The translations under genes were made by a program, and so were the position numbers. A DNA stretch of 64,000 bases, taken from assembly GCA_963676835.2 (NCBI GenBank), contig CAXXFF010000003.1, positions 64,001 to 128,000 of the forward strand, written 5' to 3'. The notes beneath the pieces are model-generated. The model was not told the origin of the DNA, did no database searches, and saw only the letters and a program-made list of their open reading frames with translations. Source of the DNA: Marispirochaeta sp. (GTDB lineage: Bacteria; Spirochaetota; Spirochaetia; JC444; Marispirochaetaceae). Within the stretch, counting starts at the first letter, position 1; every line of letters begins with the position of its first letter. Positions 1-8,561 of this stretch are shown here, one piece after another.

Positions 1-186
1 ATGTATGGCAGTATAAATAAGCTCATCATCCCGTTCCATGTTTTTGTTATGGATAATAATTTCAGCCGTCTCAGGATAATAGAGCCCGTCAACTTTATTG
101 CTTTTTTTTCCGGAAAAAATGAGCGAGAAATCCTCCTCCGGCTCTTCAATACGCAGAAGGATCTCTTTCAACTGGTCCTGATTCAT
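1..186 (-). CDS. Partial CDS (runs off window), probable zincin-like HExxH protein
   Basis: Not in ORF track. Manual translation from ATG at 186 gives MNQDQLKEILLRIEEPEEDFSLIFSGKKSNKVDGLYYPETAEIIIHNKNMERDDELIYTAIH, open to the edge. GLY..IIIH..YTAIH resembles the lead-in to an HExxH motif. Starts 7 nt after the upstream stop. Confidence 0.65.
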   Translation of the reverse strand, partial: MNQDQLKEILLRIEEPEEDFSLIFSGKKSNKVDGLYYPETAEIIIHNKNMERDDELIYTAIH

Positions 187-193
187 AGATCTT

Positions 194-1525
194 TCAATAA
201 CCGGCGCGAACAGGCAGAGCTTCTATTAAACCAGCGAGATATTTTTTTTCATTTTTAATTTTTTCAAAAAGCTTCTTTATGGTTCTTTCATGAGACTGAG
301 CCAGAGTCAGGCCGCCGTCTTTCATAGCACTGCTTTCCCAGGAATAGATAACTTCGCCATTTTTTTCGAGTTGCAGAGTCACACGAGCCTGCGATATTTC
401 CAGACTGTTCTCCTTGAACTTGGGGAAGTCTTCAACGATAAGCTTCAGCTTTACACTATACTCTGTTGCCGATGAAGGTCCTACCAGAGAGAACGGCAGA
501 TCTGAGGAGGCAAACAAGGAGGAAGCCATTTCTGTTATGCCCGGTACACCATAATCCCTGTCCTGTTCGACTAGAAGCTTGAGCGGCAGGGGATTTACCT
601 CAAAGGGTATTTCCTTATCGGGGCTGATGAATTTTATAAAATAATCATCTCCACCAATTTCCAGAGCGCTCATGTCTACTGAGGCTGAAACTGTCCCCCT
701 GCCAATGGGTAAAGTGGACAGCTCTACGGAAGCGACATAGGTGCCTTTTTCGTCTGTTGTGCCGCTGGCAATCAGTCTGCCGGCCTCTGAAATTCCAACT
801 GGAAGTCCAGACGCAGCACTATCGCCGGAAATTTTTATTGTGACATCAACTTTATCTCCCGCAGAACCTTTAACAATCCCTGGAGTAACAGAAACAGTAA
901 GACTGCTGACAATTTCCTGTATCCGGCTTTCAATCAGGTCGATGAGAACACCTTCTGATCCTTCAATGTTTCCCTTCAGGCTTGCAAAATAGGGAGATTC
1001 AGCGAGAAGAACATGGGATTTATGCAGCAAAGCGAGTGTTTCACCTGTCGCTTTCGCTTGTGAAGAAAAAGCAGGAGCCGCAAGATCTTCGACCCTTTCT
1101 GCCAACTCTTTTTTCTGACGCAGTAGATTGGCTTTATCGTAACGCAGATAGATCCAGTAACCCGCAGAAGGAGAACTGTAACTGTCTACAACCTCTGCCC
1201 CCTCAAGCTTCTGATACACTTTTTCTTCAATGCGTCTTTTCAGTGATTTAAATTCCTCACCATCAGCTGTTTCTCCGCTTTCCAGCTCAACTTCCGAAAC
1301 TATCGATGTCGAGATGGAAGCTGCCAGGTTTGCAAGTGCTTCCTCCCGAGCCTCATCCTGAGCCGATGCAAGGATAGCACTGTTTGATGATCCTATCCCG
1401 ATATAATAACGGTTATCCTGTGGATAACGTTCCACCCAGGAAGGCAGGGAGGGTGCAGTAGCACAAGACAAAATCAGCAGGGTAAAAGCCGCTATAAGGA
1501 TCGGCACTTTAATTTCAGTTCTCAT
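194..1525 (-). CDS. LPP20-family lipoprotein with C-terminal beta-rich (Ig-like) domains
   Basis: Lipobox LILSC; PSW...YYIGIGSS...AQDEAREEALANLAASI pattern. Start moved to ATG 1525 (MRTEIK). Confidence 0.75.
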   Translation of the reverse strand: MRTEIKVPILIAAFTLLILSCATAPSLPSWVERYPQDNRYYIGIGSSNSAILASAQDEAREEALANLAASISTSIVSEVELESGETADGEEFKSLKRRIEEKVYQKLEGAEVVDSYSSPSAGYWIYLRYDKANLLRQKKELAERVEDLAAPAFSSQAKATGETLALLHKSHVLLAESPYFASLKGNIEGSEGVLIDLIESRIQEIVSSLTVSVTPGIVKGSAGDKVDVTIKISGDSAASGLPVGISEAGRLIASGTTDEKGTYVASVELSTLPIGRGTVSASVDMSALEIGGDDYFIKFISPDKEIPFEVNPLPLKLLVEQDRDYGVPGITEMASSLFASSDLPFSLVGPSSATEYSVKLKLIVEDFPKFKENSLEISQARVTLQLEKNGEVIYSWESSAMKDGGLTLAQSHERTIKKLFEKIKNEKKYLAGLIEALPVRAGY

Positions 1526-1560
1526 ATTTTCCCCATTTATTGTAGTAGAAGAGCGCAGCC

Positions 1561-2469
1561 TCAAGGCTGCGGCAGCAGCGCAAGGGAATAAAAGTATTCT
1601 CCCGAAGGATCTCTCCAGCGCGCGGCAATCTGTATTCCCCGAATAAGTGCAGTGGAATACTGGTAATTCTCTTCAGTATAGTCATTTTCGTCGCTTGATC
1701 TGTTTACATCATATTCAACATCAATAGTGGTCGCAAGCTGCCTGAGTATTTCGGCAACAGCAAGTTCATCGGCTGCAGCAACAGAATCTGCAAAGCGGAT
1801 CTTGGGACGGCTTATTCCAAGGCCGACATAATATCCAGGCAATTCGGGTATGTTACTTACCCAGGCGGGTTCTCTTTCTCCTCTGGAGAAATTCAGAGCA
1901 CCTCCGGGAAAAGACGAGGCATTTTTAAGTGAAGGAAACCGCACAAGAGCGTAGCTGCCGGTGTCATTCTGATGGAGCGTTCTGACTTCCGCTTCGCTGA
2001 TAAGCGCAGGGACTATGTTCTGGTTATAATAAAGACGTATGTCTTCAGCATAACCGGTATCATCTCCGAGGGTCATTTGAAACGAGGAGACAACTGCAGC
2101 AATACCTGCAAACTGGGCTGCCTGCTGTGCAGCATTATCTATACATTCCTCAAGTTCATTTGCCCGGCTCATCCGCGGATACGAAGTCCCCAGGAAAAGC
2201 ATTGTTCCATCTGCAGCTTCCGGCAGCCATACCCAATGGGGCAATTCCCCGGGAAGCCACATGGGTGAAGGCTGTATAACCTTTACAGCCTCGCTCTCTT
2301 CAGGAAGGTTTAGTTTATCTGTTATGGGAGTACGTAAATCACGCCAGGTTTCGTATTCTCTTTTTCCGGTATCTTCTTCGGCCGCCTCAACGGAGCCGGT
2401 AGCAATTGTCATGCATGAAGTGATCAATGAAAGCAAAGCCGCTGCTGCAATAACTAGTGGTGTTCTCAT
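1561..2469 (-). CDS. Lipoprotein with two LPP20-like repeats
   Basis: Lipobox LITSC; two repeats, PHW..LFLGTS..AAQQAA and PAW..YYVGLGIS..AVAEIL. Confidence 0.7.
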   Translation of the reverse strand: MRTPLVIAAAALLSLITSCMTIATGSVEAAEEDTGKREYETWRDLRTPITDKLNLPEESEAVKVIQPSPMWLPGELPHWVWLPEAADGTMLFLGTSYPRMSRANELEECIDNAAQQAAQFAGIAAVVSSFQMTLGDDTGYAEDIRLYYNQNIVPALISEAEVRTLHQNDTGSYALVRFPSLKNASSFPGGALNFSRGEREPAWVSNIPELPGYYVGLGISRPKIRFADSVAAADELAVAEILRQLATTIDVEYDVNRSSDENDYTEENYQYSTALIRGIQIAARWRDPSGEYFYSLALLPQP

Positions 2470-2491
2470 GTAACTATCCTATCATAAAAAC

Positions 2492-2526
2492 AAAAAAAAG
2501 ACGGTACGAAATCAACGTACCGTCTT
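2492..2526 (-). terminator. Rho-independent terminator after the 181-aa lipoprotein gene
   Basis: 11-bp stem AAGACGGTACG/CGTACCGTCTT followed by a U-run on the minus strand. Confidence 0.85.
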
Positions 2527-2547
2527 AAGGTTTTATAAAAAAACCGC

Positions 2548-3093
2548 TTATTCTTTTTCAAGTTCCGCATCGAGCCATTTCATAGCTTCGTCAGCTTTGA
2601 ACTCGGCAAATGCAGCATCTTCGTTACGTACGAAAAGTTCTTTTTCAGCAGCCTCTTTAAGAGCGCTTTCTTCGTACATAACCATTACGTAAAAGGTTCC
2701 TTCCTGCTTGTCCAGGTAAGTTTCAATAACCTTTGATCCGTTCAGAGTAGCCGAAGCAACCTGCTTGGTGACGGTTTCAAGGAACTCAATTACCTGTTTG
2801 TTACCATCTACACCGGATTCCTGAGCATACTGTTTTACAGCGCTGTCAACCTTTACTTCAACCTGAGCGGCAATTTCAGCACGTGCGTTGGCAGTGGCAG
2901 CAGTACGGGCAGTAGAAAGATTAGAAGACTTGTAGCTTCCTACACCGTAGAATGCATCATCTGCAACGGGGGGTGCAAGAACCCAGTCAGGGAGGTCGTT
3001 GGTGGGGGCTGCGACCGTTTCGGGACTTGATGAACAAGACATTACCATTCCAAGAGCGGCAAGCAATGTTATCAGTATAAGAACTCTTTTCAT
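2548..3093 (-). CDS. LPP20-family lipoprotein
   Basis: Lipobox VMSC; PDW..FYGVGS..ARTAATANARAEIAAQV; strong SD (AAGGAAGGAG). Confidence 0.85.
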   Translation of the reverse strand: MKRVLILITLLAALGMVMSCSSSPETVAAPTNDLPDWVLAPPVADDAFYGVGSYKSSNLSTARTAATANARAEIAAQVEVKVDSAVKQYAQESGVDGNKQVIEFLETVTKQVASATLNGSKVIETYLDKQEGTFYVMVMYEESALKEAAEKELFVRNEDAAFAEFKADEAMKWLDAELEKE

Positions 3094-3222
3094 TTTTTTC
3101 TCCTTCCTTATGAGAAAGTGTTTTGTTTAAACCTACAGCTTTCTCATAGGTATTTCAAGGTAATGATAAAAAATATAACACATCCAAATTGATTTTTTGT
3201 TACCCTTATTGTAATAATAGGT

Positions 3223-3453
3223 ATGGCCCGGGAAAAATCATACTTTTTTATAATAGATGGTCTTACAACTGACAAAGCAGTCTTCTTCAAACGGGGGCTT
3301 CTTGAACTCTCCATAGTAGTTGATGTCAAAATTAATATCCGTTCCGGACTCGTTGAAGTAATCTCCACCAAAAAGATCGAAGAAGCAGTCCAGACCTGTT
3401 GTGATCTTGCCGGTCTTCAGATGCGCACCCAGGTTAGCCGTAAAGAACTATAA
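3223..3453 (+). CDS. Small hypothetical protein, possible HMA/ferredoxin-like fold without CxxC
   Basis: 76 aa filling the gap between divergent genes; F-I-I-D-G-L start, helix, V-D-V-K-I-N hairpin pattern as in HMA domains. Confidence 0.55.
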   Translation: MAREKSYFFIIDGLTTDKAVFFKRGLLELSIVVDVKINIRSGLVEVISTKKIEEAVQTCCDLAGLQMRTQVSRKEL

Positions 3454-3471
3454 ACTTTCCCTTACAACTCC

Positions 3472-3500
3472 TTGACCATTAACGCCGTTTACGTTAACCT
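3472..3500 (+). promoter_or_regulatory. Sigma70-type promoter of the birA operon
   Basis: TTGACC(3472-77)-17 nt-TAACCT(3495-3500). Confidence 0.55.
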
Positions 3501-3521
3501 GCCGCCTACCAATGGTTAACG
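3492..3521. promoter_or_regulatory. BirA operator
   Basis: Inverted repeat CGTTAACC-N14-GGTTAACG matches the known BirA-box geometry (GTTAAC-N16-GTTAAC); overlaps the -10 and the birA ATG. Confidence 0.8.
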
Positions 3522-4462
3522 CTAAAACTGACATAAAACATTCAGTTCTCGCCATACTTGAAACTAATATGCGTCCCGTTTCGGGTAACGAAATAGGAGA
3601 AAGGCTTGGCATCAGCCGTGTTGCGGTCTGGAAACACATTAAAGGCCTGGTGGAAGAAGGGTACACAATAACAAGCGGACGCACCGGATATACCCTTTTA
3701 GTTAAACCGGATCACGTTACTTCCAGCGGTTTTGACCAGACCCGGGATGCAGTTGTTGTGCAGGAAACTGCAGAATCCACCATGGATATGGCAAAAAACT
3801 GCAAGAAATCCGGTATTGCCTTCTTCATCGCCGGAAACCAGCGTCAGGGACGCGGAAGAGAAGGAAAAGAGTGGGCTTCACCCGGAGGGGGCTTATACCT
3901 GACAATGGTTTTCACCCCGAAACTCCCCTCTGCCTACGCCAATTTGTATGTTATCGATGCGGGGCTGGCCATCGCAGAATATATCAACAGGCATTTTCAT
4001 ACAGAAGCATGGTTCAAATGGCCCAATGACCTGTACCTTGGAAACAGAAAACTGGGGGGACTGCTTCTTGAAGTTGAGGGGGAAACAACAAAACTGTCCA
4101 CCTGCAGACTCGGTTTTGGAATCAACATAGATCCCCTTAACAGAACGGACTACCCTTTTGCCGCAGCCGCAAGCCTTGCGGAAGAATCCTCCTCCCCTGC
4201 CGGGAAACCAACCATAAACAAGGTTTTTTCACTGCTAAAACCGGTACTTGAAAACACGGCGTTGCTCTCTGCTCCAGAATCAATTGTAACGCGATGGGAA
4301 AGCATGTCCGAAGATATTGGCACCAGTATAATTCTCGGAAAAAAAGGATACATCATTGCCGGTATGAATATGGCAGGCTCACTCATTCTCGAAGAAAGCA
4401 GTGGAGAACTCTGGGAAGCTTCTGCAGGATGGAATCTTGCCGGTCCTCTGCGGCATTTTTGA
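3512..4462 (+). CDS. birA: Bifunctional biotin ligase/repressor
   Basis: N-terminal HTH (SGNEIGERLGISRVAVWKHI), QRQGRGR..W.SP, KWPND, KLGGLL. Confidence 0.93.
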   Translation: MVNAKTDIKHSVLAILETNMRPVSGNEIGERLGISRVAVWKHIKGLVEEGYTITSGRTGYTLLVKPDHVTSSGFDQTRDAVVVQETAESTMDMAKNCKKSGIAFFIAGNQRQGRGREGKEWASPGGGLYLTMVFTPKLPSAYANLYVIDAGLAIAEYINRHFHTEAWFKWPNDLYLGNRKLGGLLLEVEGETTKLSTCRLGFGINIDPLNRTDYPFAAAASLAEESSSPAGKPTINKVFSLLKPVLENTALLSAPESIVTRWESMSEDIGTSIILGKKGYIIAGMNMAGSLILEESSGELWEASAGWNLAGPLRHF

Positions 4463-4499
4463 AAATGAGAAAAGACAAATTTTTAAGGATTTGACATTT

Positions 4500-5060
4500 A
4501 TGGACCAGAAAACCCTGTCAGCGGCGATAAAAGCCGCCGTTTTCACAGCACTCATTATTGTAGGAACGTTTATCAAGTTTTACATACCTATGGTATCACC
4601 CCATGTGCCGGTTGTACTGGCGAATCTGTTTGTGATCATGGCGGGATTACTGCTGGGGCCTCTCTGGGGTTCAGTATCTGTGCTGCTTTACCTCCTGATC
4701 GGAATATCCGGAATACCGGTATTCAGCGCAGGGGGCGGACCCGCCGTTTTTATGGGCCCCACAGGTGGGTATCTGATCGGGTATCTGCCCGCCGCTTTTA
4801 TAGCCGGTCTCATTGCCAGACCCGCCAGGGGCCGACTGATACTGCTTCTGATTGCGGCGTTTACGGGGGTACTGGTTATTTACCTTACAGGGGTACCATG
4901 GCTGTTCTGGAAACTTGCAGAAATCAAGGGCAGCGCTCCGCCTCTGATGGAAGGGCTTATAATGGGAGCCTTTCTCTATCTACCCGGCGATGCACTTAAG
5001 ATAGCAGCCGCAGCTCTCCTGACCCGTTCTTTTTATAAACTTGGATTAAGCAGCAACTGA
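4500..5060 (+). CDS. bioY: Biotin ECF transporter substrate component
   Basis: GxPVF..GG...GPTGGYLIGY and PGD motifs; hydrophobic. Start refined to ATG 4500. Confidence 0.92.
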   Translation: MDQKTLSAAIKAAVFTALIIVGTFIKFYIPMVSPHVPVVLANLFVIMAGLLLGPLWGSVSVLLYLLIGISGIPVFSAGGGPAVFMGPTGGYLIGYLPAAFIAGLIARPARGRLILLLIAAFTGVLVIYLTGVPWLFWKLAEIKGSAPPLMEGLIMGAFLYLPGDALKIAAAALLTRSFYKLGLSSN

Positions 5061-5818
5061 TGAAGGAAAGATCTCCTATTTTAAGCTTTACCGACGTGCA
5101 TTACCGCTTCAATGACGGGGCTTACGGATTAAAAGGTGTTTCGTTAGGATTTTATCCCGGCGAAATTCTCTTAATTGCAGGAGCTAACGGAGCAGGTAAA
5201 ACACTGCTCATGAGACATGCCAACGGTCTGGTTCGTCCTGAGTCAGGAAAAATATTATACAAAGGATACCCACTAAAAAAAAACCTGAAAGAGGTGCGGC
5301 AGCGTATAGGAATGGTATTTCAACATCCGGAAGATCAGTTCATTGAAGATACAGTTTACGGTGAACTGCGATTCGGCCTGGACAATATTAAACTTCCTCA
5401 AAAAATAATTAAGCTACGTACGGACTCAATTCTCGAGAACTTCGGCCTTGCCCCACTTAGAGACCGGCACCCGTTGACTTTGTCCGGAGGCGAAAGACGA
5501 CGTCTTGCACTGGCGTCGGTAATAGCCATGGAACCGGAGTACCTTATACTGGACGAACCGTTTATGGAACTTGACTATCCGGGAATTAAAGACCTTTTAT
5601 CAATTCTTGTAACATTGCATAAAGGCGGTCTGGGGATGTGTATAGTCACCCATGATGTTGGCAAGATTCTTGCCCACTCGGACCGGCTCGTAATAATGAA
5701 AGAAGGCCGGGTGGTATCAGCAGGGCCTTCAGAAAGCCAGGTCCAATTCCTTGAAACTAACGGGGTTCGAAATCCATGCGGCGGTGGAGTTCCTTTCGAG
5801 AAGTCTTCATGGCTGTAA
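5060..5818 (+). CDS. ECF transporter ATPase (BioM/EcfA)
   Basis: GANGAGKT, VFQHPEDQ, LSGGE, ILDEP. Confidence 0.9.
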   Translation: MKERSPILSFTDVHYRFNDGAYGLKGVSLGFYPGEILLIAGANGAGKTLLMRHANGLVRPESGKILYKGYPLKKNLKEVRQRIGMVFQHPEDQFIEDTVYGELRFGLDNIKLPQKIIKLRTDSILENFGLAPLRDRHPLTLSGGERRRLALASVIAMEPEYLILDEPFMELDYPGIKDLLSILVTLHKGGLGMCIVTHDVGKILAHSDRLVIMKEGRVVSAGPSESQVQFLETNGVRNPCGGGVPFEKSSWL

Positions 5819-6549
5819 ATCTTATTTACAGGAAAGATTCCGGATTTCTCTATCGTTTCGATCCCCGCTTAAAACTTCTGTTGCTGATAACCCTTTCGGT
5901 TTCAGTTTTTTCTTTTACTGTCATAGAAACCGGCATTTACTGCGGCCTTTTTTCATATTTTCTGATATTCCACGGAGGAAATATAAAAGGGGGAATACTC
6001 CTGACCTTTTCGGCCTTTCGTTTTATAGCATTTATATCTGTTATCTATCTGATTTCCGGCATAAGCAGGGCGGAAAACAGTGGATTAAACCAGACACTGA
6101 GTACAGCAAGCCCGTTTCTGCTTCGCCTGCTTATGCTGATTCTCGCAGGGTTCATTTTTACCAGAACAACGAGTGTGACAGAAATCCGCGGAGCCGCATA
6201 TTCATTTTTTTCAAAAATACCTGTGTTACCCGCAGCACTTGTCTCCCTCATGTTTTCAGTCACGATAAGCACTATTCCCCTTTTTTTTACTTCCCTGGAA
6301 AAAAGCAGGGAGGCAATGCTCTGCAGGGGTTCAATACCATGGTACAGACCTTTACGCCGGATAAAATCAATCGCCTTTCCTCTACTTACCAGAGTTATAC
6401 GAAGATCAGATATCCTGACGGACTCAATAGTTTCCCGGGGTTTTACTCTAGAACGTCAATTCATCCTTGAACGCCCGAAACGCAAAGAAACTGTTTTAAC
6501 TGGCCTTATCATTTTGCTGCTGTTTTTGCGGGGCTTCATATTCTTTTGA
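5809..6549 (+). CDS. ECF transporter T component (BioN/EcfT)
   Basis: DPRLK, TT motif, two xRG coupling motifs (CRG, SRG). Start refined to ATG 5809. Confidence 0.88.
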   Translation: MAVNLIYRKDSGFLYRFDPRLKLLLLITLSVSVFSFTVIETGIYCGLFSYFLIFHGGNIKGGILLTFSAFRFIAFISVIYLISGISRAENSGLNQTLSTASPFLLRLLMLILAGFIFTRTTSVTEIRGAAYSFFSKIPVLPAALVSLMFSVTISTIPLFFTSLEKSREAMLCRGSIPWYRPLRRIKSIAFPLLTRVIRRSDILTDSIVSRGFTLERQFILERPKRKETVLTGLIILLLFLRGFIFF

Positions 6550-6609
6550 AGGCTTCGTATGGTTCTTTTCTGATATACCTTAACGCCATTCTCGGATATA
6601 CTCTGAAAA

Positions 6610-8514
6610 ATGAAATTTTCCTTTCCTGAACATCAAAGAACACAGCTTCTCTGGCTGTTAGATGCCACCGACCCGGAAACCGCCGAACTCGGCCTTATTA
6701 ACAGATTGCTTCAACGGTATAACGGTTTCACTGTTCCCCTGCGAGATATAAGCCGGGCGGGCATTGATGTTTCAGGTAGCAGCCTGATAAAGAAGCTGTT
6801 AAAAACCGGCTTCCTGCGGATAAGTAAAACAGAGTTCGAAATTCATCCCAGATACCTCAATCCATATACTGAGTTAATCGCAGATATAAAAAATATCTAC
6901 GCGGACTTTCAGAAAGGTCAGATACCGATAACAACCCATTTCCCCTGCAGCAGTTTCAGTGTTGTTCCCGAAGGCACCCGGACAGTGAGTCTTGCTGATT
7001 TCAGTATCAATTTCCGACAGGCAGAGATCCATAAAGAGGAACTGTTTGAAATAGCTTTCCCTGGAAACCTCCCCTCTGTCCTGCTGCACAGTGATTACAT
7101 CCAGGAGTTTCCTTTTATATGCTGGCGTAAAATACGATATTATTTTGCACAATTTTCCGGGGACAACAGTGATTTCTTCGCAGAGAAAATTATGAGCTAC
7201 CGGAATCTTCTGATTGGAAAACCGCGGGATCTCCTGGAAAGCGAAATAAATCACCTGAAAAGACCCACAGATAAAGAGTACCGGGAAGAGTGCACCAGAA
7301 TAGTGCTCAACCGTATAACTGCATCCAACGACGCTGCCAGACAGGTTATTCAGGATACAGTATCAGCGGAAAACAGCTATATCCTTACCCGGTTCTCCTA
7401 CAATGAAGCCGGTGATTTCGATTTTCTTCAGTCTTTGGTACTGTTAAAACAGTATTATGAGAGCAGAGAGCAAAGATATGCACCCGGTGCAGACGACTTT
7501 CTAAAAGGATTAAAAGATAACATAAATATCTGTGTTACCACCGGTACATTAAAGAACCTTATAAGCGAACATTTTTCATCGGCTCCGACCGAACAGGTGG
7601 ACCGTATCTTTGACAGTTTTCTGGGAAAGTACGCCAGCGGCACCCCTTCCGAAAGGGAAGTTTTTGGTTTCAACGCACCGGGACAGGGTGAATTCCTTAT
7701 CCATCGGGATAATCTGCCAGCGTTTCTTGATTCCACAGGAAGCAGAGTGCTGCGTAAAATACAGGGCAACATTGATGAGCGATGGAGTTCAATGATTGAA
7801 CAGCATCGATTTGAAGATGCCATGCTTTACGATAAGTCATTCCGTAAACTTCTCCTGGAACTGACAGCTGCAGAAAATCCTCTTTTTACCGCAATGGTGA
7901 AACGTCCTGAACTATATGCCATACTGAAAAAAATTCCCATTAGAAGCAGCCTGGTTTCACGGCTGTCCACCCATACCTTCAGCGAAGCGGATAAAGTTTT
8001 TGAGCTTAATCGCAGTCGTATTTACGATGATATTTATAAAGCTTCTTATAGCGGTTATTCTCTTCTTGGAGGCTTGATTTTCCGCCTTCTCCACTGGCTT
8101 TCCCGTTCAGTTTACACAGGGCAGAATCAGGACACGAAAGAACCTGCTTCTCTTCCGGAGGATAAAAAAGCAAGCACCATATCAGAAAAGGAGATTCTGA
8201 AGCAGATTGGTGCCGCGGAGAAAGCGGAAGGCAGTTCCATACTGCAGGAACTCTGGAACCGTCTTCCTGTGGATATACTCCCCAGGGAAGAAATTGACCG
8301 CAATATCCTCACCGAGTTGATGGCCTTCTATAACCAGAAAAATGAAGTTGTTTTTTCAACCCTCGATCATATCCGCGAAAGGAATATACGGCGGGTCATG
8401 CAGAAAGCTTCACACCTTGAGGGGTATAAAAACAGTCTGGATGAATATATCCAGGCCAAGATCACGGTATTGGTTGCTACCCGGCCGGAACTTAGAAACA
8501 AAACCCGTTTTTAA
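6610..8514 (+). CDS. Hypothetical protein, 634 aa
   Basis: Long uninterrupted ORF; no recognised family; possible N-terminal winged helix. Confidence 0.7.
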   Translation: MKFSFPEHQRTQLLWLLDATDPETAELGLINRLLQRYNGFTVPLRDISRAGIDVSGSSLIKKLLKTGFLRISKTEFEIHPRYLNPYTELIADIKNIYADFQKGQIPITTHFPCSSFSVVPEGTRTVSLADFSINFRQAEIHKEELFEIAFPGNLPSVLLHSDYIQEFPFICWRKIRYYFAQFSGDNSDFFAEKIMSYRNLLIGKPRDLLESEINHLKRPTDKEYREECTRIVLNRITASNDAARQVIQDTVSAENSYILTRFSYNEAGDFDFLQSLVLLKQYYESREQRYAPGADDFLKGLKDNINICVTTGTLKNLISEHFSSAPTEQVDRIFDSFLGKYASGTPSEREVFGFNAPGQGEFLIHRDNLPAFLDSTGSRVLRKIQGNIDERWSSMIEQHRFEDAMLYDKSFRKLLLELTAAENPLFTAMVKRPELYAILKKIPIRSSLVSRLSTHTFSEADKVFELNRSRIYDDIYKASYSGYSLLGGLIFRLLHWLSRSVYTGQNQDTKEPASLPEDKKASTISEKEILKQIGAAEKAEGSSILQELWNRLPVDILPREEIDRNILTELMAFYNQKNEVVFSTLDHIRERNIRRVMQKASHLEGYKNSLDEYIQAKITVLVATRPELRNKTRF

Positions 8515-8561
8515 CCGAACGACTGTATAGCCCCGGGGCTGCGTACAGTAAATTGAAAGTT

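Noticed and set aside
5751..6470. 239-aa alternative-frame ORF over the ECF T gene
   Set aside because: The overlapping frame has the EcfT motifs; this one has none.
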